This document shows positions 31,519-40,819 of a DNA stretch of 64,000 nucleotides, piece by piece (positions within the stretch are counted from its first letter, which is position 1; every line of letters begins with the position of its first letter). The notes beneath the pieces are model-generated. The model was not told the origin of the DNA, ran no database searches, and saw nothing but the letters and a program-made list of their open reading frames with translations. A program made the translations under genes and the position numbers. The DNA is from Oscillospiraceae bacterium (GTDB taxonomy: Bacteria; Bacillota; Clostridia; Oscillospirales; Oscillospiraceae), in contig JAFSLL010000167.1 in the NCBI GenBank assembly GCA_017448455.1, forward strand, positions 2,457 to 66,456, given 5' to 3'.

Positions 31519-33498
31519 TCACTGAAACATCCGGAAATCAAGTTTTTTGGGAACCGAAACCTCACAGTCCTTCAGTTCCCTGCCTTCGCGTCTGGCAAGT
31601 TCTTTCACGATATAGAGGTATGTGCCGGTAATCGAATCGTCGCCTTCGCGCAGGTCATCGGCCTGCAGGCCGCCGTCCTGCTCCAGGATCGCCTTCGCCT
31701 TCTCCAGCTCACCCGTATAGGCAAGAGCCATCGCATAGAAGCCCTGGATCAGCGGGTCGGCTCTGTGCGCCTCGGAGAGCAGATCCATCATCCGCAGCAC
31801 AACGCGGTATTCCCCGAACAGGCAGGACAGGCGCATCGCTTCCTTGGCCAGCTGCAGGTTGCCGCTGTTCATCTCCAGCGCCCTGAACATCATCTGCGCA
31901 CCGACTTCCGCCTCGCCGAGGGAGAAGTACGCGCAGCCCAGCCCGTGATACGCCCAGGTGCTGCCGCGCAGTGCCAGGGACTTCTCAAACATCTCGATCG
32001 CGCGCTCATAGTCCTCGCGCGCGTACCAGCACACGCCGAGGTGGTACCACGCGTTCCAGTTGAAGCGGTCGGGGCCTTTGACGCTCTTCTTCAGCAGGGA
32101 GAACCACTCATCCTGCACCATGAAGGAGGCAGGCGGATCCGCCGGGTCGGGCTCGTCCAGATGCCCGTTGCGGAGCAGGCGCTCCCACAGACGCTGCTCG
32201 CTCTCCAGCTCGCCGAAATCGAGGTTCGGGGAGATCGGCTTCTCTCCCAGGCTCTCCTGGATCTCGTTATCCAGCGCACCCCAGGGGTGACCCTTGAAGG
32301 TGAAGGGAACCTTTTTGAGCGCGCAGGCTTTGGTTTCCGCGAGCATCGTGTCGAGCTTCTCCTCGCTGAGCGTCCGGTCCAGCCAGGCCTCTACGTTCGC
32401 GCGCGCCGTCTCATAGTCGCCGTGGACATCCTCCGGCGCCATCGTGATCGGGCAGTATGCCTCCAGCCACTCAATGCAGGAATGCGGCGGGAACGGAAAA
32501 CTCTCGTTCTGCGTATAGCAGATGCCTGCCTGGATCTCCAGATAGGGCTGTTTCTCCCCTTCCCGGTTCGTCAGGGCTTTCTGCCAGTTTGAGCCACCCT
32601 GGGAAGTGCCCCAGACGAACATCTTGCGACCCTTGAGGCGGGCTGTGGAGGCATGCACAATGCCGACGCCGTCTTTGTCGAGATAGGCCTCGAATTTCCT
32701 CGCCTCCGCGGGGATCTTGAAGAAGTGGTCGGTCGCCTCCGTATGGTTGGTGGGATAGGAGGTATCCACGCCGTTGACCATCGGGATGGCCGTCTTGTAA
32801 ACCGGATCCGCGCCGTGGTTGACATAGGTCTCGCTCGCGGGAACAATGACACGCGCGCCTTCTTTCTGCTCCACGGCGATGGTGCTCCACCAGTAGATGG
32901 GCTTTACCTGATCCGAGCCGTTGACCAGGCGCATACGGGCGTAGAGAAAGCGGCTGTCATCCGGCAGGAAGAAGTCGATCTGGAATGTGACCGCACGCAT
33001 GCGCTCAAAGGCGTAGAGGCGCAGGAAGGGCGTTCCGTCCTCCGCTTCGTACATGGCTCCGTAGACCTTGTCACAGGTCAGCGGGCTGTGGCCGCGGACA
33101 CCGCAGTTCCACTCCACACCGCCGGAGAACCAGGCGTTGCGCAGCGCCAGGTTGCAGGGACGGAAGACCGGGTTGTTGATCACCAGATCGCGGTTTTCGT
33201 CTTTGTCGAAGAGAGACCAGAGTCTGCCGCCCAGAGACGGGATGAAAACGGCCTTCAGATGGTCGTTCTCGAGGATGAAAGCATCAAACTCCCGCAGTTC
33301 CTCACTGTGATCGTAATCGTCCAGAGAAGCGTAGGGCAGTGTGTGCATCACCTTGCCGTAGTTCAGGTACAGACCTTCCGTCTCGTCCAGTTTGCCGCCC
33401 TTCTCAAAAGCGCCCGGCTTGAACAGGAGCGGATAGTCGGTCGGCTTGCCGAGTCTGCCGGCTTTCATCAGAATCTTCTCAAACTTCAGCGTGCTCAT
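31519..33498 (-). CDS. DUF5107-like domain protein with C-terminal TPR repeats
   Basis: 659 aa. The N-terminal two-thirds resembles DUF5107 proteins found in sugar loci. The C-terminal third has TPR-like repeats (WYHLGVCWYAREDYERAIEMFEKSLAL...). Confidence 0.6.
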   Translation of the reverse strand: MSTLKFEKILMKAGRLGKPTDYPLLFKPGAFEKGGKLDETEGLYLNYGKVMHTLPYASLDDYDHSEELREFDAFILENDHLKAVFIPSLGGRLWSLFDKDENRDLVINNPVFRPCNLALRNAWFSGGVEWNCGVRGHSPLTCDKVYGAMYEAEDGTPFLRLYAFERMRAVTFQIDFFLPDDSRFLYARMRLVNGSDQVKPIYWWSTIAVEQKEGARVIVPASETYVNHGADPVYKTAIPMVNGVDTSYPTNHTEATDHFFKIPAEARKFEAYLDKDGVGIVHASTARLKGRKMFVWGTSQGGSNWQKALTNREGEKQPYLEIQAGICYTQNESFPFPPHSCIEWLEAYCPITMAPEDVHGDYETARANVEAWLDRTLSEEKLDTMLAETKACALKKVPFTFKGHPWGALDNEIQESLGEKPISPNLDFGELESEQRLWERLLRNGHLDEPDPADPPASFMVQDEWFSLLKKSVKGPDRFNWNAWYHLGVCWYAREDYERAIEMFEKSLALRGSTWAYHGLGCAYFSLGEAEVGAQMMFRALEMNSGNLQLAKEAMRLSCLFGEYRVVLRMMDLLSEAHRADPLIQGFYAMALAYTGELEKAKAILEQDGGLQADDLREGDDSITGTYLYIVKELARREGRELKDCEVSVPKKLDFRMFQ

Positions 33499-33529
33499 CT
33501 TTCATATATCCTCCTGATTATTGTTTGAA

Positions 33530-34393
33530 TCAGCCCTTGACACCGCCCTGCGTAATACCGGAAATGATGCGGTTCGAGAGCAGCACGTACAGAATAAAGG
33601 TTGGCAGGAACACCATGACGACCGAGGCGAACAGGCCCGACCAGTCGCCGGTGTAGCGCATGGAGTTGATCATGGAATACAGTCCAACCGCCACGGGACG
33701 CACTTCCTGCCCGCTCGCAAAGATGAGGGACATGAAGTACTCGTTCCAGACGGTAATGAAGTTGAACACGGAAACCGTGATGATGCCGGACTGCGCCAGC
33801 GGGATCATGATTTTCCAGAAAGCCTTTTCCCGCGTGCAGCCGTCAATGATGGCCGCTTCCTCATAGGAGGAGGAAATCGTGGAGAAAAACGACAGCAGGA
33901 AAATCACGGTATAAGGAATGTTGATGCCGGTATTCAGGAAAATCAGCAGCAGACGCGTCGAAATATTCGTGTTGAGCAGGCCAAGTCGGGATACAATCCC
34001 GAACAGGGGCAGGATGATCATGACCAGCGGAACACCCATCGCCGTCGCCATGCTCGTCTGAATCAGTTTGTTGCCGCGGAAGCGCATGCGGGAGAGCACA
34101 TAGGCAGCCGGCATGGAGATCACGAGGATCAGGAAGGTGGAAACGCTGGCATAGAGAAGGGAGTTTGCAAAGAAAACGGAAACATTCTGTGTCTTCCAGG
34201 CACGGACGTAGTTTTCAAAGTGCAGGCCGCTCAGGAATTTTGTGGCGTTGCCCTTGAAGATCTCGGCCGTCGTCACGAGGCTGGCGCAGAAGATCCAGCC
34301 GACGAGCACGACGGTAAACAGTACCCAGAGAGAAAGGATCAGATATCCGGGCAGCAGTCGTACCTGGCGAATGCGGGCAGATCGTTTGTTCAT
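33530..34393 (-). CDS. Carbohydrate ABC transporter permease
   Basis: Polytopic, with EAA loop YEEAAIIDGCTREKAFWKIMIP. Confidence 0.85.
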   Translation of the reverse strand: MNKRSARIRQVRLLPGYLILSLWVLFTVVLVGWIFCASLVTTAEIFKGNATKFLSGLHFENYVRAWKTQNVSVFFANSLLYASVSTFLILVISMPAAYVLSRMRFRGNKLIQTSMATAMGVPLVMIILPLFGIVSRLGLLNTNISTRLLLIFLNTGINIPYTVIFLLSFFSTISSSYEEAAIIDGCTREKAFWKIMIPLAQSGIITVSVFNFITVWNEYFMSLIFASGQEVRPVAVGLYSMINSMRYTGDWSGLFASVVMVFLPTFILYVLLSNRIISGITQGGVKG

Positions 34394-34407
34394 CTCTTTC
34401 TCCCTCC

Positions 34408-35313
34408 TTACAGTTCAAAGTCGTCATCCTTGACGACCGCGTTGATCAGCAGAAACGCCAGAATGACCAGCACGCCCGTAACCACGCCGATCGCGGCGCC
34501 GAGGCCGGCGTTGCGTTCCGTCACGGCGTTCGCCGCGCCAAAGATCTGAATATACAGATACACAACCGGGGTAATCGTCGAAGTCTCCGCCAGCTCGGAG
34601 GTGAACATCTGCGCCCAGACGAAGAAGCCGACGGAGGTGATGGACCACATCGTCAGGTTCGTCTTCAGCACACCGCGCAGCAGAGGCCATGTCATATATC
34701 TGAACTGCTTGACCGCTCCACAGCCGTCAATCCGGCAGGCGTCGTAGTACTCCGTTGGGATCTTCTCGATCCCGCTGGAAAAGATGACCATATGGTAGCC
34801 CACCATTCCGAAGCAGTAGGCGATAAACATCGCCCAGAACTTGTGCGTCGGGTCGGTCCACGCGATCGAAGCAAGTTTTTCCCATCCTAATTTTGTAAAC
34901 AGCGTAGTCAGCAGGCCATACTTCGTGTTGTAAACATACTGCAGCCACATACTCGCCATTGCAACGGCGGAGATGGTGAACGGCATATAAATGACGTTGC
35001 GGTAGAACTTCTTCCCCTTGATGCCGCTGTTCAGGATCACCGCAAAGAGGAGCGCGAGCGTCATCACCACGATCCCGCCGAACATCCAGATCTTAAACAG
35101 GTTAATCAGGGCAGTGTGGAACAGCTTGGTGGAAAGCAGGCGGCTGTAGTTTTCCAGTCCGGAGAACTGCCATGTGCTCACAGCGCCGGTGATATTGCTC
35201 ACCTTGAAGAAGCTCATCAATAACGTGCGCAGCAGAGGGTACACGAAAATCAGCACAAACATAATCAGTGCCGGAGCCAGAAATTTGATAATCAGTTGTT
35301 TGTCTCTGCGCAT
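34408..35313 (-). CDS. Sugar ABC transporter permease
   Basis: Polytopic, with EAA-type loop YDACRIDGCGAVKQFRYMTWP. Confidence 0.85.
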   Translation of the reverse strand: MRRDKQLIIKFLAPALIMFVLIFVYPLLRTLLMSFFKVSNITGAVSTWQFSGLENYSRLLSTKLFHTALINLFKIWMFGGIVVMTLALLFAVILNSGIKGKKFYRNVIYMPFTISAVAMASMWLQYVYNTKYGLLTTLFTKLGWEKLASIAWTDPTHKFWAMFIAYCFGMVGYHMVIFSSGIEKIPTEYYDACRIDGCGAVKQFRYMTWPLLRGVLKTNLTMWSITSVGFFVWAQMFTSELAETSTITPVVYLYIQIFGAANAVTERNAGLGAAIGVVTGVLVILAFLLINAVVKDDDFEL

Positions 35314-35418
35314 AGTCTTGTTCCTTTCGTTGTTGAACCATGGGAAATTCCGATAGCGCTGCGGCAGAAACTCTGCCGCAGCGCCGCATTTGAAGAGATA
35401 TGTGCCGTGAATCCGCCT

Positions 35419-36744
35419 TTACTTGGAGGCGGCAAGCATGTTGTTGATAAAGTCGTCCGGCGTGATCTTGTTCGTGCAGAGATTCAACAGATTCTCCAGC
35501 AGAACAGGGGTGATGTCGGCATTGTTCTCAGCACCGGCAGCCCAGATGTAGCGGTTGGCAGTTCCTTCGAGAACCGGCTTGACATTGACCATCTGTGCGG
35601 GCCATTCCGTATTGGTCGTGTCGGCAGGAACACCCAGAGAGCCCTGGGAAAGCTTAAGGTCCCATTCGCCCTTGGTCAGCCACTCGATCAGCTGGAAGGC
35701 CTCGTCCGGATACTGGGTCTTGTTGTTGATAGCGAAGACCTGGAAGGAGGTGTTGGCATAGCTGGTGTCATCAACGCCGCCTTCCACGCTCGGATAGGAG
35801 AAGCAGCCCCAGACATAGTCGTCACCGGCCAGACCGCGGATTTCATTGGGCAGCCAGGAACCGTTGAGGTACATGCCGACATCACCGAGCGCGAACTCGA
35901 CGTTCTGTCCGTTCGGCCAGACGTTGGAAGCCAGGTTCGGGGAGAAGTAGCCCTGCTCGCCGAGATAATAGAAGTCTTCAGCTGTCTTGCGGATTGCGTC
36001 GGTGTCCCAGTTGCCGTTGGTGACCGCGTCAATAACAGCATCCTGTCCGCCGTAGCGGGCTACATGATAGCCAAAGTTGGAGAGGAAGTAGGCATCGTCG
36101 GAGGTGATGGGAATATAGCCGGCTGCTTTGATCTTGGCGCAGCAGTCCAGGAACTCGTCCCAGGTGGTGGGAACGGCCTCAATGCCAGCCTCAGCGAAAA
36201 TGTCGGGATTGTAGAACCAGGCAAAGATAGAGCCCTGATAGGGAATGCTCTTGAGCGTTCCGCCTCCGGCCTCGCGGCAGGCAGCCATAAAGGGAGCGAT
36301 CGCGGTGTCCTCATAGCCGTTGGCCATATAAGGCTCCAGATCCAGCAGATAGCTGCCCCAGTTCTGGTTGACACGGTCGACGCCTTCGTCGAAGATGTCG
36401 ATCACGGTGCCGGCATCCAGTGCGGCCTGGAGACCCTGACGAATGCCCTGACGGCCCTTAAACTGGACGTCTACAGCGATTCCCGTCTCCGCCGTAAAGG
36501 CATTAATGGCGTCCTGCAGGACCACACCCTGCGGTTCTGTGGCTTCCCACATGGACCAGTAGACCAGGGTTGCGCCGGTTGCTGCGGCAGGCTCGGCAGC
36601 TGGCTCAGCAGCTGGCTCGGCAGCGGGCTCGGCAGCCGGTGCCGCCTGCTCGGCAGCGGGAGCGGATGAGCCGCCGCAGCCTGTCAGGCTGAGGGAAAAG
36701 AGCAGTGCGATTGCAAGCAGCAGTGCGAGATTGCGCGTTTTCAT
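35419..36744 (-). CDS. ABC transporter solute-binding lipoprotein (sugar type)
   Basis: MKTRNLALLLAIALLFSLSLTGCGG lipobox, followed by a low-complexity AAEPAAEP linker and an SBP-family body. Confidence 0.85.
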   Translation of the reverse strand: MKTRNLALLLAIALLFSLSLTGCGGSSAPAAEQAAPAAEPAAEPAAEPAAEPAAATGATLVYWSMWEATEPQGVVLQDAINAFTAETGIAVDVQFKGRQGIRQGLQAALDAGTVIDIFDEGVDRVNQNWGSYLLDLEPYMANGYEDTAIAPFMAACREAGGGTLKSIPYQGSIFAWFYNPDIFAEAGIEAVPTTWDEFLDCCAKIKAAGYIPITSDDAYFLSNFGYHVARYGGQDAVIDAVTNGNWDTDAIRKTAEDFYYLGEQGYFSPNLASNVWPNGQNVEFALGDVGMYLNGSWLPNEIRGLAGDDYVWGCFSYPSVEGGVDDTSYANTSFQVFAINNKTQYPDEAFQLIEWLTKGEWDLKLSQGSLGVPADTTNTEWPAQMVNVKPVLEGTANRYIWAAGAENNADITPVLLENLLNLCTNKITPDDFINNMLAASK

Positions 36745-37013
36745 TTGGTTTCCTCCTGTTTTTTTATTTTTCAGTCCGAAGACTGTAAACGACATTCCCG
36801 AGCTTAACTCTTTTTCAGAGAAGCAGAAACATATAAGGAAAATACATGAGGATTCGTCACAATAGACAAAAGCAAGTTTTCAACACTGTTAAAATTTTAA
36901 TACTATTGCATGCATCTGTCAACTTAATTTTCCATCCATCTGTTATCTCTGTCATACGGGCTAACCCCGCCATGCAGGCAACGTCAGTGCCGCAGAAGTT
37001 TTCATTCTTTTTG

Positions 37014-37043
37014 TTGTCAAGCGCGCCCCATGTGTGATATGAT
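37014..37043 (+). promoter_or_regulatory. Candidate promoter of the Pta/Ptb gene
   Basis: TTGTCA (37014-37019), an 18-nt spacer, TATGAT (37038-37043), within an AT-rich 290-nt intergenic region. Confidence 0.35.
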
Positions 37044-37091
37044 ATTCGGTAAGCGAAAACACCAAATCTTTCAATCCGGAGGTTGATACTT

Positions 37092-38036
37092 ATGGCTGTT
37101 GCGTTTGCCAAGGAATTTGAAACCATCGTAAACAAGGCCCGGGCGGAGGGCAAGCGGATGCGCGTTGCCGTCGCCGGCGCGGATTCTGAGAATATTCTGA
37201 GCGGTGTCTTTGAGGCGGAAGCGGACGGGTTTGTGGAACCGATCCTGATCGGGAACTTCAAGAAGATCCAGAAGCTGACCGAGAAGCTCGGCGTGTCCAA
37301 CCGCAATTATGACATTCAGCCGCTCGATGACAGCACCAACGTCGTGCAGTACGCGATCGAGATGATCAAGGCCGGCAAGGCCGACGCCCTGATGCGCGGC
37401 AACACCTCCACCCGCGACTTCCTGATGCCGGTGCTGAACAAGGCCAACCACCTCATCAAGGACAACCGGCTGGTCACCCACGTTGTCTTCCTGAAGATCC
37501 CGGATTATGAGAAGCTGCTGGCGGTCTCCGATGTCACCCTGCTCATCAACCCCTCCGCCGACGGCAGAAAAGAAGTCGTCAAGAACATGGTCCGGGCCCT
37601 GCGCGTCTTCGACATCGAGCACCCGAACATCGCCCTGCTCGCGCTGGTCGAGAAGCCGAGCTTCCACATGCGCGACACCGTGGAAGACCAGACCATGGTC
37701 CGGGAAAACAACGCCCGCCCCTTTGCCGACTGCAACCTGGTCGGGCCGATCGCCTATGACCTGATTATGAGCAAGGAGGCCGCGCGCCTGAAGGAATACG
37801 ACTGCCCCTACTGCGGGGAGTTTGACGGCATCGTGGTGCCGAACCTGATGAGCGGCAACCTGATGATCAAGGTGCTGCAGCGCAACGCCGGCGCCGCCGG
37901 CTGCGGCATCCTGGTCGGCGCGAGAGTGCCCATCGCGATCACCTCCCGCAGCGACAGTCCGGATCAGGCCTATCTCTCTCTGGCCGCCTCCGCCGCCATG
38001 TGGAAGGACACCGAACACAAATACTTCCAGGATTAA
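37092..38036 (+). CDS. Phosphate acyltransferase of the Pta/Ptb family (phosphate butyryltransferase-like)
   Basis: ADALMRGNTSTRDF and VPIAITSRSDS match Ptb motifs (B. subtilis Ptb: VLMKGN..., APIALTSRADS). ATG at 37092 with GGAGG 10 nt upstream. Confidence 0.8.
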   Translation: MAVAFAKEFETIVNKARAEGKRMRVAVAGADSENILSGVFEAEADGFVEPILIGNFKKIQKLTEKLGVSNRNYDIQPLDDSTNVVQYAIEMIKAGKADALMRGNTSTRDFLMPVLNKANHLIKDNRLVTHVVFLKIPDYEKLLAVSDVTLLINPSADGRKEVVKNMVRALRVFDIEHPNIALLALVEKPSFHMRDTVEDQTMVRENNARPFADCNLVGPIAYDLIMSKEAARLKEYDCPYCGEFDGIVVPNLMSGNLMIKVLQRNAGAAGCGILVGARVPIAITSRSDSPDQAYLSLAASAAMWKDTEHKYFQD

Positions 38037-38054
38037 TCTCCCGTGAAATGACAG

Positions 38055-38087
38055 ACCCTCCGGCCAGGCCGGAGGGTTTCTCTTTTT
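38055..38087. terminator. Bidirectional intrinsic terminator
   Basis: Stem ACCCTCCGGCC/GGCCGGAGGGT with a 1-nt loop, followed by TTCTCTTTTT. Confidence 0.7.
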
Positions 38088-38089
38088 CT

Positions 38090-38578
38090 TCAGGGGAGGC
38101 GGACGCGCCGGACCAGAATGCCGGCCAGCAGGCCGATCACCACGCCGGCGAGGATGCCGCTTACCAGCAGGAAGGGCAGATAGTACCGCAGCACATCCGT
38201 CTGCAGCAGCAGGCAGGCCATGCCGATCTGCCCGACGTTGTGCAGGACGCCGCCCGTCACGCTGACGAGGATCTCGGTAAACTTCCCCGTCCGCTTCAGA
38301 AGCTCCATCCCGGCGAGGCTCAGCACCGCCCCAGCGAGACTGTAGAAGAAGCTCGCCGCGCTGCCGAAGAGCATGGCGACCAGCACGACCCGGACGAGGG
38401 ATACGAGCGCCGCCTCCTTCCAGCCGAGCCGGTAGAGCGCGAAGACGACCGCGATGTTGGCCAGGCCCATCTTGACGCCGGGGACAGCCACGAAGGCGGG
38501 GATCTGGCTCTCGATGAAGGAGAGCACCATGGCGACCGCCGTGGTCAGCGCCAGCACTGTCAGCTTCTTTGTCTTCAT
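38090..38578 (-). CDS. Gx transporter family membrane protein
   Basis: 162 aa, 4-5 TM segments. MKTKKLTVLALTTAVAMVLSFIESQIP... is typical of this family. Paired with a NusG-II protein, as is usual. Confidence 0.6.
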   Translation of the reverse strand: MKTKKLTVLALTTAVAMVLSFIESQIPAFVAVPGVKMGLANIAVVFALYRLGWKEAALVSLVRVVLVAMLFGSAASFFYSLAGAVLSLAGMELLKRTGKFTEILVSVTGGVLHNVGQIGMACLLLQTDVLRYYLPFLLVSGILAGVVIGLLAGILVRRVRLP

Positions 38579-38946
38579 GTCCGGCCGTCCACCCCGGTCT
38601 CTTCCCCGCCCTCGATGACGATCAGCACCCGGTTGGGCAGGCAGGCGATGAACTCCCCGTTCCGGCTGATCTTCCCCATACCCATGCAGATCTTATCCGG
38701 GCAGTCTGCCTCGCTGACCCAGGCCTCCCCGTCAGCGATCACGAGGATGTTGGTCCCGCCGTTGAGCGGGAAGACGCCGTCCTTCTTCAGGGGGTAGCGG
38801 CCGGTCTCCACACCGTTGACGGTCACCACCGCCTCCGCGCCGGGATCCCGCAGGCCCCGGAAAAGGAAGAGGGCCAGCAGCGCCAGCAGCAGCAGAACGC
38901 CGGCGATCACGAGGTCGCGTATGTACTTTTTCCTGTTCTCGCGCAT
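38575..38946 (-). CDS. NusG domain II-containing membrane-anchored protein
   Basis: N-terminal TM anchor then ...VVTVNGVETGRYPLKKDGVF...GGTNILVIADGEAWVSEADCPDKIC. ATG at 38944-38946. Confidence 0.6.
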   Translation of the reverse strand: MRENRKKYIRDLVIAGVLLLLALLALFLFRGLRDPGAEAVVTVNGVETGRYPLKKDGVFPLNGGTNILVIADGEAWVSEADCPDKICMGMGKISRNGEFIACLPNRVLIVIEGGEETGVDGRT

Positions 38947-38992
38947 GCGCTCATCCTCTGTAAGAAATGCCGCCGGAGGGCGGCATTTTCGC

Positions 38993-39805
38993 TTATGTGA
39001 TCCCCGGAACGTAGACGTCGTTCCCTTCATAGAGGAGCAGGAACTCCTCCAGGCAGAGACTGTTCTCCATGATGTAGGCCGCGGCCTCCTTCCCGACATA
39101 GCGGAAGTGCGCCGCGTGGCGGCAGGGCGTGCCGTAGAAGGCCTCCTTCCCCTCCGGATAGCGCAGGATGAAGCCGTATTCGGCGCAGTGCTCCACCAGC
39201 CAGGCGTAGAGCTCGGTATCCTTCATGTAGGGATCGTCGAACTCGCCGAAGTAGGAGGCATACTGCGGGTCATCCGTGAAGTCCACGCAGAGGCCGGTCT
39301 GATGTTCGTTGACGCCGGGGGCCAGCATGTGTTTGGCCGTCTCAACCGGGTCGTTGTCGTAGTAGTTGTTCAGGGCGCTGCGGTAGCGGTTGAGCAGGTA
39401 GTCACTGCTGCGGTAGATGGCATGGTAGTACACGGTGAAGCCCGCGTCCCGCACCGCCTGCATAAAGGCCATCATCGGCTCGATGATGCGCGAGTCGATG
39501 CCCTGCCCTTCCACGCCGCCGTAGGGCGGCATGTAGTCCGTGCCGATGGAGTTATAGGAGTTGGCCAGCATAAACCGGAAGTCGGTGATGTCCACATCCG
39601 GCGGCTCCGGCAGCGGTTCCGGGGTGGGCTCCGGCGTCGGGGTCGGTTCGGGCGCTGGGGTCTCGACCACGGCTTCCTGCTGCGGCGCCGCTTCCGCCGC
39701 GGCGGTCGGCTCCGGCGTGCTCAGGTCGTTGGTCCGGCTGAAGCCGCAGGCCGTCGCGCTCACCAGCAGCGCGGCCAGAATGACAAGGCTCAGTAATCTC
39801 TTCAT
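38993..39805 (-). CDS. D-alanyl-D-alanine carboxypeptidase (VanY/M15B) lipoprotein
   Basis: MKRLLSLVILAALLVSATACG lipobox, a Pro/Thr/Glu linker, then NEHQTGLCVDF and HAAHFRYVG zinc-ligand motifs. Confidence 0.75.
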   Translation of the reverse strand: MKRLLSLVILAALLVSATACGFSRTNDLSTPEPTAAAEAAPQQEAVVETPAPEPTPTPEPTPEPLPEPPDVDITDFRFMLANSYNSIGTDYMPPYGGVEGQGIDSRIIEPMMAFMQAVRDAGFTVYYHAIYRSSDYLLNRYRSALNNYYDNDPVETAKHMLAPGVNEHQTGLCVDFTDDPQYASYFGEFDDPYMKDTELYAWLVEHCAEYGFILRYPEGKEAFYGTPCRHAAHFRYVGKEAAAYIMENSLCLEEFLLLYEGNDVYVPGIT

Positions 39806-39814
39806 GCTCTCCTC

Positions 39815-40747
39815 TTATTCCACGCCGTACAGCGCCACAAACTCCTCCAGGCAGAGGTCGTTTTCCTTCATGTACTTCGCCGCTTCCACGCCGACATAGC
39901 GGAAATGCCAGGACTCGCCCATCACGTGGGTGATGTCGCGCTTTTCCTGCGGGAAGCGGAGGACGAAGCCGTACTCGTCGCAGTGCTCCGCAAGCCACTG
40001 GACCGTCGCGATCTGGGCGATGGCGTCGTTCTTGATCTCATGGTAATAGTCCGTGATATCGCAGCAGAGGGCAGTCTGGTGCTCGCTGTGGCCGGCGGGC
40101 ATGGTGATGTAGTTGCCCTCGGCGTTCTTGCCGTCGGTGATGCCGTTGTTGGCGCAGACGCGGTCAAAGTTCGCCTGCTGCGTGGCATAGCTGCGGTAGC
40201 CCGAAGACAGGTAGACCGGGAGGCCTTCCGCCTTGCAGGCCTGGATCATATCGATCAGCGGCTGGGCAATCAGGGCGTCCACCACCTGACGGTTGCCGTC
40301 ATAGTCGGTGCGGATGTCCGTATCGTCGCCGGTCATGTTCAGGTAAACGAGATTCTCCGGCTCATAGGTCAGCGGGTCGAGCGGGTGATCGCCGTTGACG
40401 AGGACATACTGCCACTCCGAAATGTCGATGTCCGGCGGCGCGGGCAGGCCCTTCGCGGCGGCGTTGTCCGTCGCGAGCTGCATCAGGGGGCTCAGGGTCG
40501 GTTCCGGCTCCGGCGTCTCTTCCGCCGCGGCGGGCAGGGCCTCGGTCTGCTCCGGAACGGGCGTGCTCTCCGGCTGCGCGGCAGGCTCCGCGACGGGCGC
40601 CTGCGCCGGCACCTCGGCCTGCTTCTGAATGACCTGGCCGTCGGCGGTGACGTATACGCCGGTCTGCAGGCGGAAATGCCAGTACCCCGCCAATGCCGCA
40701 AGGGCAAGAATGCAGCAGATGACTCTTCCTACGCGCCTCGTTCTCAT
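39815..40747 (-). CDS. D-alanyl-D-alanine carboxypeptidase (VanY/M15B), membrane-anchored paralogue
   Basis: TM anchor VICCILALAALAGYW, a Pro-rich linker, then SGYRSY, SEHQTALCCDI and ESWHFRYVG. ATG at 40745-40747 with AGGAGAGAG upstream. Confidence 0.75.
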   Translation of the reverse strand: MRTRRVGRVICCILALAALAGYWHFRLQTGVYVTADGQVIQKQAEVPAQAPVAEPAAQPESTPVPEQTEALPAAAEETPEPEPTLSPLMQLATDNAAAKGLPAPPDIDISEWQYVLVNGDHPLDPLTYEPENLVYLNMTGDDTDIRTDYDGNRQVVDALIAQPLIDMIQACKAEGLPVYLSSGYRSYATQQANFDRVCANNGITDGKNAEGNYITMPAGHSEHQTALCCDITDYYHEIKNDAIAQIATVQWLAEHCDEYGFVLRFPQEKRDITHVMGESWHFRYVGVEAAKYMKENDLCLEEFVALYGVE

Positions 40748-40819
40748 GATTCTCTCTCCTTCTGCCTGTGCTCTGACTGCCGTCATTTTAGCATCTTCCC
40801 CAGTTGCGGTCAATGCTTC

